Shown piece by piece: positions 34,729 through 46,171 of a stretch of 64,000 bases of DNA. Source of the stretch: an uncultured Planctomycetota bacterium (GTDB taxonomy: Bacteria > Planctomycetota > Planctomycetia > Isosphaerales > Isosphaeraceae); assembly GCA_963737655.1 (NCBI GenBank), contig CAVTTN010000002.1, positions 3,680,001 to 3,744,000 on the forward strand, given 5' to 3'. A model generated the notes under the pieces. That model saw only the letters and a program-made list of their open reading frames with translations, did not search any database and was not told where the DNA came from. Position numbers and translations under genes: made by a program. Within the stretch, counting starts at the first letter, position 1; each line of letters starts with the position of its first letter.

Positions 34729-35616
34729 TCATGCCTTCGCGGGATCGGTTCGGCCCTCGGCCGCCTTCTTCCTGCGGTGGCGATGGACGAAGTATGCCCC
34801 TCCCAGGGCCACGAGGGTGAGCGACGCCGGCTCCGGCACCGACGACGCATAGCCGATCCTCACCCCCTCGCTCGACGGGTCGGGCGTGACGCCGATGTCG
34901 AACACGGCCGCCTCGTAGCTGTCATTCGTGACGTCGCCGAGGTCCAGGATGTAGGTCTGTCCCGGGTCGATCGAGATCAGCGACAGCGGCGAGATGCTGC
35001 TCAGCCCCAATTCCGTGTCGATCAAATTGTTCAGGCTCGCGCTGTCCGTGCCGAACAGGCTGGACGCCAGGTTGCCCGACGCCTTCAGGTCGCCGAGATA
35101 GACCGTTTGCGCCTCGTTGTTGGTGATTTCCAGGAGGCCGGTCGAAACTCCGGCGCCACCGCCGCCACCTTTCTTGGGGACCTTGTCGAGCTTGACATCC
35201 ACGTCCTTGAGATTGATTTTCCGGTTGGCGCCGACGGGGTATTCCCATTCGCCCGCGACGATCTTGGAGACCCCGGCCTTGGGCGGGACGAGGGCGACGA
35301 CGCCCCGGTCGGTCTTGCCGGCGGGCACGCCGCCCTTGTCGAACTCGACCCCGGTCTTGGCCGCGTTCAGGGCGGCCCGGGTGAAGTAATCGCGGGACCG
35401 GGCGATCGGGTCGCCGGCCTTGTCGGTCGCCACGTTGGTGTTGAAATCGAGGTTCAACTGGATGGCGACCTTCTTCGCCGGGTCGTCGTTCTTCAGGTCG
35501 TAGAACGCATAGTCGTAGCCGGCCCGGACCGGGCCCGCCAGCAGCGAGCCCACGATCACCAGGCCCATCGAGCCCAGGCCCACGAACAGCTTCCCCAGAC
35601 GGCGACGTCTTCGCAT
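34729..35616 (-). CDS. PEP-CTERM sorting domain-containing surface protein
   Basis: N-terminal signal peptide; C-terminal VPEPASLTLVALGGAYFV-HRHRRKK. Confidence 0.88.
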   Translation of the reverse strand: MRRRRRLGKLFVGLGSMGLVIVGSLLAGPVRAGYDYAFYDLKNDDPAKKVAIQLNLDFNTNVATDKAGDPIARSRDYFTRAALNAAKTGVEFDKGGVPAGKTDRGVVALVPPKAGVSKIVAGEWEYPVGANRKINLKDVDVKLDKVPKKGGGGGAGVSTGLLEITNNEAQTVYLGDLKASGNLASSLFGTDSASLNNLIDTELGLSSISPLSLISIDPGQTYILDLGDVTNDSYEAAVFDIGVTPDPSSEGVRIGYASSVPEPASLTLVALGGAYFVHRHRRKKAAEGRTDPAKA

Positions 35617-35829
35617 CGGGAGACCTCCTCGGGCGGAGGAGACCGATGCGGCCCCCTCTCGCCCTTCGATACGGTGGCCCGATCAGGCCATTCCGTCCGT
35701 CGGAGGCGATGTTGACGAAGCCCACACGGACGAGGCGTCCGGAAATCACGGATGAGGCGTCGTCGCCTCGCGATGTCCCGGATCGGGCCCTCCGCCAGTA
35801 AGGGCCCGATCCGGGTTCTCGCGGATCGA

Positions 35830-38574
35830 TCAGGGGACGTTGAAGAGATACGCCTTGTTGTCCGAGGCCGCCACGCCGATCTGCTTGCCGTCCGGGCTCC
35901 AGGCGATCCCGTAACAGGGGGTATTGTTGCCGATTTTTTGCTGGAAGATCGGCTTGCCGGCGTCCACGTCCCAGACGAACAGGTTGCCGCCGTATCCGAT
36001 CGAGGCGAGCCTCTTGCCGTCGGGGCTGAAGGCGACGCCGTAGACGTCGTCCGGATGGCCGGAGTAGGAGCGGATTTCCTTGGCGTCGGCCACGTTCCAG
36101 AGCCGGATCGTCTTATCGACCGAGCCGCTGGCGATCATCGCGCCTTCGGGCGGTCGGAAGGCCAGGCAATAGACCTGCGCGGCGTGGCCGGCGGCCTTGC
36201 GGAGCTCCTTGCCGTCGGCCGGGTTCCAGAACTTCACGAGCTTGTCGTCCCCGGCCGAGGCGATCACGTCCCCCTTGGGCCCGAAGGCGACGGCGTACAC
36301 GACGTTGTCGTGGGCCTTCTCGATGACCCGTTCCTGGGCACCCTTCTCGACGTCCCAGACGCGGATGCTCTTGTCCGCCGCGCCGGTCACGGCCTTCTTG
36401 CTGTCGGGCGACCAGCCCACGCTGTAGACCTGGCCGGCATGGCCCGCCAGGTTCTTGAACGCGCCGGGCGGGGTGAGCGCGTACACCCTCGCCGCCTTGT
36501 CCTCGGAGCCGGTCAGGAGCGTTTGATTGTCCGGCAGGAAGCCCAGGGCGAGGACCGGGCCGCCGAATCCGCCGATCGCCTGGAGCTCGGCCTTCGCCGG
36601 GTCGGGCGTCGCGATGTCGAAGATCCTGGTCGAGGGCGGGTCCGAGAGGCCGGCGGCGAGCGTCTTGTTGTCGTTCGTCACGGCCAGGGAAAAGACCGGC
36701 CCCCCGGCCTGATACGTGAGCATCGGCTGGCCGTTGCCCGCGTTCCACGTCTTGATCGTCTTATCGCTCGATCCGGTGATCAGCTTCTGCTGGTCCTTCG
36801 TGTAGAGGACCGCGCGGACGGCGTCGCCGAAGCCGCCGATGTTGCGGACCTCGTTGCCGCCGTTCACGTCGAAGATCCGGCACGTCTTGTCGGCCGATCC
36901 GGTGGCGATCTGCGAGCCGTTGGGGTGGATCGCCACGGAGAAGATCGGCCCCTGGTGGCCGGCGAACACGCGGACGGCCGCCGGCTTCCAGACCCGGATC
37001 TTGTTGTCGGCCCCGGCCGAGACGACCTGGGCGTTGTCGGGCAGGATCGCCAGGCCCGCGATGGCCGAGCCGTGGGCGGAGAGGTCCTGGAGTTCCCTCG
37101 GCGCCTCGGGCTTGCTCACGTCCCAGAACCGGACGAGGTTGTCCGCCCCTCCGGTGCTCACGCGGTTGTTGTCGCCCGAGATGGCGACGGCCTTGACCGG
37201 CCCGCCGTGACCCGGCAGGGTGCTCAGCAACTTCGCGTCGCCGGTCTGGAACACCCGGGCGGCCTTGTCGTCGGAGCCCGTGATCAGCCTCCCGCCGTCT
37301 CGCGAGACCGCCAGGGCCGAGACGGCTTCGCCGTGCCCTCCGAAGTCGCGGAACGGCTTGCCTTCGCCCAGGTTCCACGCCTTCGCCAGCTTGTCGGCCG
37401 AGGCGGAGAAGAGCTGGTTGCCGTCGCCCGGATGCCAGGCCAGGGCGTTGATCCGGCCGCCGTGGCCGCCCATCGCCTTGACTTCCTTGCCCTCGCCGAC
37501 GGAATACAGCCGGATCTGGTTGTCCTCGCCGGCCGAGGCCACGCGAGACCCGTCGGGCTGGAGGGCCAGGGCCGTGATCGGCGCCGGCAGGTTCTCGAAT
37601 TTCTTGACCTCGTTGCCGTCGCCCACGTTGCAGACGCGGACCACCTTGTTCGCCAGGGCGAAAGCGACCTGGTTGCCGTCGGACCTCAGCGCCAAGGCGA
37701 CGATCGGCTGATCGGGCGCCGGGATTTCCTTGATCAGGTTGCCGTCGGCGGCGTTCCAGATGCGGACCACCTTGTCATCGCCGGCGGTGGCGATCTTCTG
37801 GCCGTCCGGGGTCGAGGCGAACGCCTTGATCGGCCCCTTGGCATCGACGACCTTCGGCTCGATCAGGGGCAACTGCCAGAGGCGGGCGAGGCCATCGGAA
37901 CCGGCGGAGATCAACTGCGAGTTGTTCGGGTGGAAGACGAGGCCGAGGGTGGAGTCGGTCGGCGTCTCGATCACGCCCTGAGGCGCGCCGTCGCCGGGGT
38001 TCCAGAGGCGGATGCTCCGGGCCTTGTCGCCCGAGGCGACCTGTCCGCCGTCGTTCCGCCAGGCGAGCGACTCGACGTCGCCGTTATGGCCGTTGAGGAC
38101 CTGGGCGTTCGGCGCCTGGAGGTCCCAGAGTTCGACCGTCTTGCCCACGGCCAGGGCCGACTTCTTGCCGCCCGGGTCCAGGGCGAGCGCGTGGATCCCG
38201 GCCGGCTGCCCGGCGAGTTCCTTGGACGGCCCTCCTCCGGGACGAAGCCAGACCTTGGCCGTCTTGTCCAGGCTCCCCGAGAGGATGTACTTGTTGTCCG
38301 GGCTCGGCGACACCGAGAGGACGAGGCTGGAATGGCCGTCGAACTTCTTCTGTTCCTTGCGGCTGGTGGCATCCCAGACGCGGACGGTGTTGTCAAACCC
38401 GCCGGTGACGATCGCCTTGCCATCCGGGGTCCAGGCGATCGAATAGACCGGCTCGACATGTCCATCCAGCGTGCCGACCAGGGCCGCCTGCTGGGCCAGG
38501 GCCACGCCGGTGGTCGCCAGCGCCAGGGCGGTGGCCATCAGGAACCGAGTTCGGGCGGACGAGAGGCGGCGCAT
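35830..38574 (-). CDS. Large WD40-repeat protein (about 20 repeats) with signal-peptide-like N-terminus
   Basis: Repeated GH...V-x-S/A-(L/V)A(W/F)SPDG...SGS-x-DKT(I/V)R(L/V)W(D/N). Confidence 0.93.
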   Translation of the reverse strand: MRRLSSARTRFLMATALALATTGVALAQQAALVGTLDGHVEPVYSIAWTPDGKAIVTGGFDNTVRVWDATSRKEQKKFDGHSSLVLSVSPSPDNKYILSGSLDKTAKVWLRPGGGPSKELAGQPAGIHALALDPGGKKSALAVGKTVELWDLQAPNAQVLNGHNGDVESLAWRNDGGQVASGDKARSIRLWNPGDGAPQGVIETPTDSTLGLVFHPNNSQLISAGSDGLARLWQLPLIEPKVVDAKGPIKAFASTPDGQKIATAGDDKVVRIWNAADGNLIKEIPAPDQPIVALALRSDGNQVAFALANKVVRVCNVGDGNEVKKFENLPAPITALALQPDGSRVASAGEDNQIRLYSVGEGKEVKAMGGHGGRINALAWHPGDGNQLFSASADKLAKAWNLGEGKPFRDFGGHGEAVSALAVSRDGGRLITGSDDKAARVFQTGDAKLLSTLPGHGGPVKAVAISGDNNRVSTGGADNLVRFWDVSKPEAPRELQDLSAHGSAIAGLAILPDNAQVVSAGADNKIRVWKPAAVRVFAGHQGPIFSVAIHPNGSQIATGSADKTCRIFDVNGGNEVRNIGGFGDAVRAVLYTKDQQKLITGSSDKTIKTWNAGNGQPMLTYQAGGPVFSLAVTNDNKTLAAGLSDPPSTRIFDIATPDPAKAELQAIGGFGGPVLALGFLPDNQTLLTGSEDKAARVYALTPPGAFKNLAGHAGQVYSVGWSPDSKKAVTGAADKSIRVWDVEKGAQERVIEKAHDNVVYAVAFGPKGDVIASAGDDKLVKFWNPADGKELRKAAGHAAQVYCLAFRPPEGAMIASGSVDKTIRLWNVADAKEIRSYSGHPDDVYGVAFSPDGKRLASIGYGGNLFVWDVDAGKPIFQQKIGNNTPCYGIAWSPDGKQIGVAASDNKAYLFNVP

Positions 38575-38891
38575 GGGGCGGGCTCCGTTGAGGAAGGATT
38601 CGAGGGGTCCGCCCGGCCTGGTGGGATCGCGAGACGGCCGGGTCGGCGGTCATGCGCCGCCCGGGGGATCGCTCCGGGACGGGAGACCGCATCCCGCCGA
38701 ACATAGACGCCGGGACGCCCCGATGCAACCGGGTAGGCGATCGGGAATCGGGGGCGAAGCCCCCTCGGACGGCGTCAGAAACCCCGTAGCTCGACTGGAC
38801 ATCCCGCGGCCTCGCCGTTACAAGACAGAGGCGCCGGACTGCCGAAACTTCGCCGGCGCCCGACGATCGGCCCCTCCCCTCGCCAGGCCCC

Positions 38892-39884
38892 ATGACCACG
38901 CCCCATCCCCCGCTTCACCCCCTGCGGTTCGAGCCGATCCTCAAGCGCCTCCTCTGGGGCGGGCGGAGGCTGGGGAGCCTCCTGAACAAGCCGTTGGGCG
39001 ACGCGGCCGATTATGCCGAGAGCTGGGAGATTTCCGACCATCGCGGCGACGTGAGCCGGGTGGCCGAAGGGCCGCTCGCGGGTTCCGACCTCCGAACCCT
39101 CCTCCGCGAGAGGGGCCCGGAACTCCTGGGCGAATCGCTCGCCGGGGCCTCGCAATTCCCCTTGCTCGTCAAGTTCCTCGACGCTCATCAGGTGCTCTCG
39201 ATCCAGGTCCACCCCGACGACGAGCGAGGCCGGGAGCTGGCCGACGACAACGGCAAGACCGAAGCGTGGGTGATCGTCCACGCCGAGCCCGGAAGCCGGA
39301 TCTACGCCGGATTGCGGCCCGGAGTGACCCGGGAGGCGTTCGCCCGGGCGCTGAAGACCGGCGAGGTCGAGCCGCTGATCCATCGGTTCGAGCCCGAGGC
39401 CGGCGATTGCATCCTGATCCCCGCCGGGACGGTCCATGCCATCGGCGCCGGGATCGTCCTGGCCGAGATCCAGCAGATGTCCGACGCCACGTTCCGCGTC
39501 CACGACTGGAACCGGGTCGGCCCCGACGGCCGCCCCCGGGCCCTCCACGAGGCGGAGGCCCTGGCCTCCACGGACTTTGACGCCGGGCCGGTCGATCCGC
39601 TGGTGACGACGCCCGAGGCGATCGCGGGAGGAGTCCGCGAGCGCCTGGCCCGTTGCGATTACTTCGCCCTGGAGCGATTGAAGCTGGGCGGCCCCTCCGC
39701 CGTCGGCTCTCCCGGGCGATTCACGATCCTCCTGGGCCTCGAAGGCGAGGCGGAGGTCGAGCACGGCGGCCGGTCCTGGCCGCTGCCCCGGGGCGGGAGC
39801 CTGTTGTTGCCGGCGAGCCTCGGCCTCGTGCCCGTCCGGCCGGTCGGCGGCGAGGCGACGGTGCTTTCGTGCGTGGTCCCCTGA
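38892..39884 (+). CDS. manA: Mannose-6-phosphate isomerase, type I (cupin)
   Basis: WGG, ESWEIS, FPLLVKFLDA, LSIQVHP, GKTEAW, AGTVHAIG, EIQQ-x-SDATFR. Confidence 0.9.
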   Translation: MTTPHPPLHPLRFEPILKRLLWGGRRLGSLLNKPLGDAADYAESWEISDHRGDVSRVAEGPLAGSDLRTLLRERGPELLGESLAGASQFPLLVKFLDAHQVLSIQVHPDDERGRELADDNGKTEAWVIVHAEPGSRIYAGLRPGVTREAFARALKTGEVEPLIHRFEPEAGDCILIPAGTVHAIGAGIVLAEIQQMSDATFRVHDWNRVGPDGRPRALHEAEALASTDFDAGPVDPLVTTPEAIAGGVRERLARCDYFALERLKLGGPSAVGSPGRFTILLGLEGEAEVEHGGRSWPLPRGGSLLLPASLGLVPVRPVGGEATVLSCVVP

Positions 39885-39901
39885 ACCGAGGTCGCCGACC
39901 G

Positions 39902-41053
39902 ATGGACGTCCCCCCCGCCCCGCCGGCCCCGACGACGCCCCGGCCCTGGATGCGCCTCCTCCGAGGCCCCGGCATGGCGATGGACCCCAAGAAGCTCGTC
40001 CTGGCCGCCGTCGGCCTGGGCCTCTTGCGGCTCGGCTGGGAGCTCCTCGACCGTCTCTTCGCCCGGGCCGAGGGGATGGGCGGCGGGTTCCACCCCCACC
40101 TGCTCTACGACGACATCCCCGGCCTCCAGGGCGTCCTGGAGATGGCCGCCGAACGGATCACCGAGCCGTACCGCCTGCTGATCGCCCCGTTTCAGGCCGT
40201 CTTCGCCGTGGGTCGCGGCCCGGTCGCGTTCCTCCACGCGGCCCTCGCGGCGGTCTGGGCCGTGACGGTCTGGGGGATCATCGGCGGGGCGATCGCGAGG
40301 ATCGCGGCCGTCCAGCTCGTCTCGGGCGAGAGGCTCGGCATCTTCCCGGCCCTGGGATTCGCCCGCAAGAAGGCCCTCGCCCTGATCGGGACGCCGCTGT
40401 GCCCGATGATCGGCCTGGGCTTCTTCGCCTGCCTCTGCGCCCTGATGGGCCTCCTCTATCAAATTCCCGGGCCCATCGGCGTGACGGTGGCCGGGCTGTT
40501 CGCGTTCCTGCCCTTGCTGGCCGGCCTGGTCATGGCCCTGATCGTCGTGGGGCTGGCCGTGGGCTGGCCCATGATGGTGGCCACGGTCGCCGTCGAGGCC
40601 GAGGACGTCTTCGACGCCCTGAGCCGGTCGTACAGTTATACCTATCAACGGGGCGGCCGATACGCGGCGATGATCGCGGTCTCCTGGCTTTTCGGGACGG
40701 TCGGGCTCGCCGTGGTCTGGATGTTCGCCGCGTTGGTCGTCCACATGGCCCGCTGGGGACTGGCGTTCGGCGCCCCGGATGGCCGCCTCCTCGGACTCTT
40801 CGCCGGCAATCCCGATTTCGGAGCGAACGCCGCGGGCCTCCACTCCATGTGGCTCTATCTCGTCCGCCTGCTGGCGCAGGGCTGGATCTACGCCTATTTC
40901 TGGACCTCGGCCACGATCATCTATTTCTTGCTCCGGCTCGACGTCGACGGAACCCCCCTGGACGACCTCGGCGGCCGGGATGACGAGATCGACGACTTCG
41001 CCCCCTCGCCCGAGACGCCCGAAAAATCGCCGACGGAAGGGGAGGTGGCGTAA
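39902..41053 (+). CDS. Integral membrane protein of unknown function
   Basis: About 7 hydrophobic segments; EAEDVFDALSRSYSY loop; YFLLR-x-DVDG tail. Confidence 0.8.
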   Translation: MDVPPAPPAPTTPRPWMRLLRGPGMAMDPKKLVLAAVGLGLLRLGWELLDRLFARAEGMGGGFHPHLLYDDIPGLQGVLEMAAERITEPYRLLIAPFQAVFAVGRGPVAFLHAALAAVWAVTVWGIIGGAIARIAAVQLVSGERLGIFPALGFARKKALALIGTPLCPMIGLGFFACLCALMGLLYQIPGPIGVTVAGLFAFLPLLAGLVMALIVVGLAVGWPMMVATVAVEAEDVFDALSRSYSYTYQRGGRYAAMIAVSWLFGTVGLAVVWMFAALVVHMARWGLAFGAPDGRLLGLFAGNPDFGANAAGLHSMWLYLVRLLAQGWIYAYFWTSATIIYFLLRLDVDGTPLDDLGGRDDEIDDFAPSPETPEKSPTEGEVA

Positions 41054-41062
41054 GTCCTCGCG

Positions 41063-41093
41063 GGGCCGAGTGCGCGAGACGCACCCTCGGCCC
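41063..41093. repeat. Imperfect palindrome between convergent genes (degenerate REP-like / terminator)
   Basis: GGGCCGAGTGCG...CGCACCCTCGGCCC; minus strand contains AGGGTGCG-N-CGCAC, similar to the GTAGGGTGC..GCACC units. Confidence 0.45.
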
Positions 41094-41100
41094 ATGAGCT

Positions 41101-42356
41101 TCAAATCACCGACCAGCCCCCCGCGACGAAGCTCCCTTCGAACATCGTGGCGACGACCGGCAAGGCGGAATCGAGGATCAGGCGATGGGGGTCCTCCTCG
41201 TCGCGATCCGGCAACGCCACGATCGCCAGGTCGGCCGATTTTCCCGGCTTGAGGCTGCCGGTCACCGCCTCGGACCGCAACGCCCAGGCGCCGAAGAGCG
41301 TGGCCATCGTCAGCAGCAGCTTGCCGCCGAGGTCCGGGTCGGCTCGATGCAGGAAGCGAACCTCATCGAGGACGCCCAGGGACGGCGCCGAGGCCAGGCT
41401 GTCCGTCCCCACCGTCACGATCCCCCCGGCTTCCAGGATCTGGCGGAACGGATGCGGCGCGTGGCCGAATCGCGCATGGGTCCTCGGGCAATAGGCCACC
41501 GCGACCCTCTGGCCGCTGGGCGCGGAGGCCGGTCGAAGCTGCCAGAAGTCCTCGGGGTCGAGGTACGTGCCGTGGGCGACGATCCAGTCGGCCTTGCGGA
41601 GCCCGCCCTTGCGGAGGTAATCGGCCGGGCGAGGGCCGATCGGTTCCCACCCATCGTCCCAGGCCCCGAGGGCCTCCAGGAAGCCTCGCAACCGGCCCTG
41701 ACGAGACGTCAGAAGCTCGATTTCCTCGGGCATTTCCGCCAGGTGGGTCGACAGCGGCAGGCCCGAATCGGCGGCCCGCTGATAGACCCAACCGGCCGTG
41801 CTGTACGGGGCGTGGGGCTCAGGCCCGGCCGGGCGCAGGCGGCCGATTGCGTCTCCGGGCGGAGCGTCGCGAGCCATTCGAAGGCGGACTTGATCGTCTC
41901 CAGCCCCCGCTCCCTCTTCAGGCCGATCAGCTCACAGAACACGACCGCGCGGATCGGCGCCTCGGCCAGGTCCGGCCAGCTCAGGCCGGCCGTCGTGGTG
42001 TCCGCGACCATCGTCGTCCCCGAGGCGATCGCGTCGGCCACGTGCCGGCGGGATGCCTCGCGGAGCGAGTCCAGCGACCCGAGTCGTCGTTGCGCGATCA
42101 CCCGGGCCAGCCACTCGATCTCGTCCTCGGCCCCGGTCCCCGAGTCCGGCCCGGGGATCGGGGAAAGCTCCAGATGCGTATGAGTGTTCACAAATCCCGG
42201 GACGATCGCGGCATTGCCCAGGTCGAGGTCGGCCGGGGCCTTGCCCGAACGGACCGAGGCGATCCGGCCATCGACCACGGTGACGATCCCGCCCTCGATC
42301 GGGGGCCCCTCGACGGGGAACACGTAGCGGGCCCGGATCGAGCGAGGCCGGGTCAT
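41101..42356 (-). CDS. Amidohydrolase family protein, candidate aminodeoxyfutalosine deaminase; frameshift at a G4 run 41814-41817
   Basis: PGFVNTHTHLELS and SGTT in ORF 41709..42452; (SP)HAPYS, THLAE, HGTY, CPRTH, GTDSLAS and GSLKPGKSADL in ORF 41101..41877. Confidence 0.85.
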
Positions 42357-44495
42357 CCGAGGGCCTCCCCGGCCCCCTTCGCGTCCCTTCGCCGCCAGAG
42401 GACCGCCAGTCCGCCGACGAAGGCCGCCGACCCCAGGGCCACCCACGGCCACCGATAGACCGCCTGGCCCGCCGCGCCGGGATCGAACAGGATCGCCGCC
42501 AGCCGCGTCCGGCCCGCCTCGCCGGCCACGGCCCCATCGGTCACCGCCAGCAGGTTATTGACGAAATGGAACGCGATGCACGGCCAGAGGCTCCGCGACC
42601 GGAACGCGATCAGCCCCAGGACCAGGCCCAATAGCGCCGCGTTGAAGAATTGCTGGAACACGCTCAGGAGTACATGAAGGAATCCGAAGAGAAAGGCCGT
42701 CGTCACGACCGCCGAGATCCGCCCGCCTCGCTCCAAACCACTGAGGAAGAAGCCGCGGAACGCGACCTCCTCGCAGACCGCCGGGACCGCCGCGAAGACC
42801 AGGATCGCCGTCCCCAGGTCGGGGACTTGCGAGAACAGGGCTTGCAGGGTCTCCTGGGTCTGTTTCGACATCGGGAACGCCGACTGGACCAGGGGCGCCA
42901 GGATGGAGCCGACCGGATGCCAGGCCACGGCCAGGGCCACCGCCAGGGCCAGATCGGCCAGCCTCGGGCGTCTCAGGCGAAGGGTCCCCAGGGGGTCGGA
43001 AGTGAACAGGAAGGCCAGGATCACCGGAGGCGTGAGCACGATCGCGACCAGGCTCAGGGCCACGCCCCTCGGCGAGCTCCCCAGCGACGCCGCCGTGAAC
43101 CACGCCGTCGAGATCATCAGGGCGAAGCAGAGGAGCGCCATCCCGGGCGTCGGCCTCGGCTCGCGATCCCGGACCAGGTGGCGGAGCCAGTCCTTCAAGG
43201 TGAACCGTTCCGCCTCCCGGAACAGGACGCCCTCGGTGTTGAATTGATCGACGGCCCACTTCAAGGCGAGGACGCCATAGAGGATCGTCGGCAGGAGGAC
43301 CGGCAGCGAGAACCGGGCCGCCACCTCGTATTTTCCCTGCATCAACGCCCGGAGCAGCAGGGAAACGCCGGAGATGGGGATCAGGCTGGTGAACAGGTCC
43401 AGCTCGATCCCGGGCATCATCGTCACCATCATCAGGGGCAACGCCACGATATACAGGGGGGTCAAATAGTATTGACCCTCCTTCATGCTCCGGGCCATCG
43501 CCGCCAGGGCCAGGCAGAGCGCCGAGAACATGGCCGAGAGCGGGATCAGCAGGACGACCATCCAGACCGCCGACGACAGGTTCGGCGCCGCGAGGACCGA
43601 TTCGAGGCGGTTCCCGGCGCGGCCGACCGTCCCGATGGACCGGGCCAGTTGCCACCCGGTCAAGCCCATGCTCAAGAGGTTCAGCGTGGCCGTGGCCATG
43701 CTCGCGGCCAGGACCGTCAGGAATTTCCCCAGGACGATCTCGGTGCGGCTCGCCGGGCTGATCAGGAGCGTTTCCATCGTCCCGCGTTCCTTCTCGCCGG
43801 CGCAGAGGTCGATGGCGGGGTAGAACGCCCCGGTCAGCGACATCATCACCAGGAGGAACGGGAAGAACTGGGCCCAGACGCTCGTGCCGACCTCCTCGGG
43901 CCGGGCCACGTCCTGGACCTCGACCCTCGTCGGCTCGACGAAGCTCGCCGGCTTATTCTCCTTCTTCAACCGGCCCTGGACGATCGCCTCCCGCCACGAA
44001 TCCAGGACGCCGCGGACCCTCGTGGCGCAGATTCAGGCTCTGCTCGTCGGCGCTGTTGTAGGCCACCGGGAGCCTTGCCGCGTCGCCCGAGAGCAAGGTC
44101 TGGCGGAAGTCGGCCGGGATGATGACGACCGCGTCGGCCTCCCCGCCCCGGACGGCCAGCTCGACGGCCTTCGGATCGGTCCAGGGAGGCTCCGAGCGCA
44201 CCGGCCGGACCTTCAACTTCGCCGCTTCGGCCTCGGTCGGCGGGAAGAAGTATTCGGCCCGGAACTCGTCTCGCGCCCGGTTCAGGAGGGGCGGGTCATC
44301 GGGCAGGTTCTCGGCCCCGACGAGCACCACCGTCCTCGGCTTCTGCTGGAACGCCTGGACGAACTGGGCCATCCCCAGCCCGAGCATGGGGTAGAGCAAG
44401 ATCGGCAAGAAGACGACCATGAACAGCGTCCGGCGGTCCCGGAGCTGGTCGCGGAGCTCTCGGCCGAAGACGATCCCGACGTTCGCCAGACGCAT
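42353..44495 (-). CDS. NatB-like ABC-2 permease fused to CPBP (CAAX/Abi) intramembrane protease; frameshift near 44027
   Basis: RELRDQLRDRRTLF; AGEKERGTMETLLISP-x-R-x-EIVLGK; CPBP motifs EEVAFRG, FGFLH, HFVNN. Confidence 0.87.
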
Positions 44496-44525
44496 GAAAA
44501 GATCCGATCCCGAAGAATGACCCGC

Positions 44526-45290
44526 CTAGACGACCGCCACGCCGCCGGCCTCCTCCTCGGCCTTCTCGACCAGGTGGAAGAACAGCTCCTCCAGGTCGGG
44601 CTGACCGTGCTTTTCCAGCAATTCGAGGGGTTCCCCCTCGTCCTGGACCCGTCCCTTGTGGATGATCGCCACCCGGGAACAGAGTTTCTCCACTTCATGC
44701 ATCGCGTGGGTCGAGAACAGGATCGTCTTGCCCCGATCGCGGAGCTCGGCGATCGTCCTGAGCACCGCGCGGGCCACCAGGACGTCGAGTCCCGCCGTCG
44801 GCTCGTCGAAGATCAGCACCGGCGGATCATGGACGATGGTCCGGGCGATCGAGGCCTTCTGCTTCATCCCGGTGGACATCTTCGCTCCCAGGACGTCGCG
44901 GAAATCGTCCATGCGGAGCCATCCAAAAACCTCTTCCATCCGCTCCTTCAGCCGTTCGGGGGGCAGGCCGTAGAGCCGGCCGAAGTACTCGACGAATTCC
45001 CACGCCGTCATGCGATCATAAACGCCCGTGCTCGCCGACATGTATCCGATCCGGGAGCGGACCATCTCGGGCTGAGCGGCCACGTCGAACCCGGCGATCT
45101 CCGCCCGCCCGCCGGTCGGCCGCAGGACGGTCGAGAGCATCCGCAGAGTCGTGGTCTTCCCCGCCCCGTTCGGCCCGAGGAGGCCGTAAATCGCCCCGGG
45201 ACGGCAGGTGAACGAGACCCCCGACACGGCCGGCACCCACCCTCGGCGGTAGTCGAGGAACGATTTCGAGAGGTCCTCAACGACGATCAC
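44526..45290 (-). CDS. NatA-like ABC transporter ATP-binding protein
   Basis: [31 protein letters not shown] start at 45290. Confidence 0.92.
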   Translation of the reverse strand: MIVVEDLSKSFLDYRRGWVPAVSGVSFTCRPGAIYGLLGPNGAGKTTTLRMLSTVLRPTGGRAEIAGFDVAAQPEMVRSRIGYMSASTGVYDRMTAWEFVEYFGRLYGLPPERLKERMEEVFGWLRMDDFRDVLGAKMSTGMKQKASIARTIVHDPPVLIFDEPTAGLDVLVARAVLRTIAELRDRGKTILFSTHAMHEVEKLCSRVAIIHKGRVQDEGEPLELLEKHGQPDLEELFFHLVEKAEEEAGGVAVV

Positions 45291-45465
45291 GTCAAACCCA
45301 CCCAGAAGGACCGGAAGTTTCGCCCCACCATCTTTCCCGAGAACGAGTTCCGGGGCAACCCACCGGCGAGGATTCCCGAGATGGCGAGGCACCCCCGAAC
45401 TGGTCGGTGGGCCGGTTCATGCTACAATCGATCCGAGGGCCTCTCAGAACGTGGAGGAGGGAGTC

Positions 45466-46089
45466 ATGGCCAGCGTCACGCCGATCGTAGCCGAGTCGGT
45501 ACTGCTCCCGGAGCTTGACGAGTCCTTCGACGACGAATTTCCAAGACCGGTCCTGGACCCGGAAGAGATCCTTGGCGATACCCGATACGAGATGGTCCGG
45601 GGCGTCGTGGTGGAGCTGGAGCCGATGGCGACGTGGCCTTCCATCCTCGCGTCCGAACTGACCCGTCGCCTGGGCAATGAGGTGAAGCAACGCCGACTCG
45701 GGCGGGTCCAGATGGAGACGATCTTCCTCATCGATGAGGAGGCCAAGAATCGCCGCCGACCCGACGTCTCGTTCGTTTCCTACGATCGGTGGTCGAAAGC
45801 GACCCCGGTGCCCAGACAGGTCTGGCCTGTGGTGCCCGACCTGGCCGTCGAGGTCGTGAGCCCCACGGATTACGCCGTGGACGTCCTGGCCAAGATTCGC
45901 GAATACTTTGAGGCCGGGGTCCGGCTCGTCTGGGCCGTTTATCCCGAGTTGCGGACCGTCCACGCCTTCCAATCCTTCGACAGGATCCAGCTCATCACGG
46001 CCGACGGTGTGCTCGAAGGCGGAGACGTCCTCCCGGGCCTGAAAGTTCCGATGGCCGAGCTCTTCGAAGACCTCGGCGCCGATTCGTGA
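45466..46089 (+). CDS. Uma2 family (PD-(D/E)xK) putative endonuclease
   Basis: YEMVRG, RRPDVSFV, PDLAVEVVSP, KIREYFEAGVRLVW, DVLPG; strong GGAGG Shine-Dalgarno. Confidence 0.92.
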   Translation: MASVTPIVAESVLLPELDESFDDEFPRPVLDPEEILGDTRYEMVRGVVVELEPMATWPSILASELTRRLGNEVKQRRLGRVQMETIFLIDEEAKNRRRPDVSFVSYDRWSKATPVPRQVWPVVPDLAVEVVSPTDYAVDVLAKIREYFEAGVRLVWAVYPELRTVHAFQSFDRIQLITADGVLEGGDVLPGLKVPMAELFEDLGADS

Positions 46090-46171
46090 AGGTTTTCCGT
46101 TCCGATCGGCCGGACATTCGGGTATCCTTCGCCGAAGCATCCGTGACGGATGAACCTCGGAGGCCCCGACG

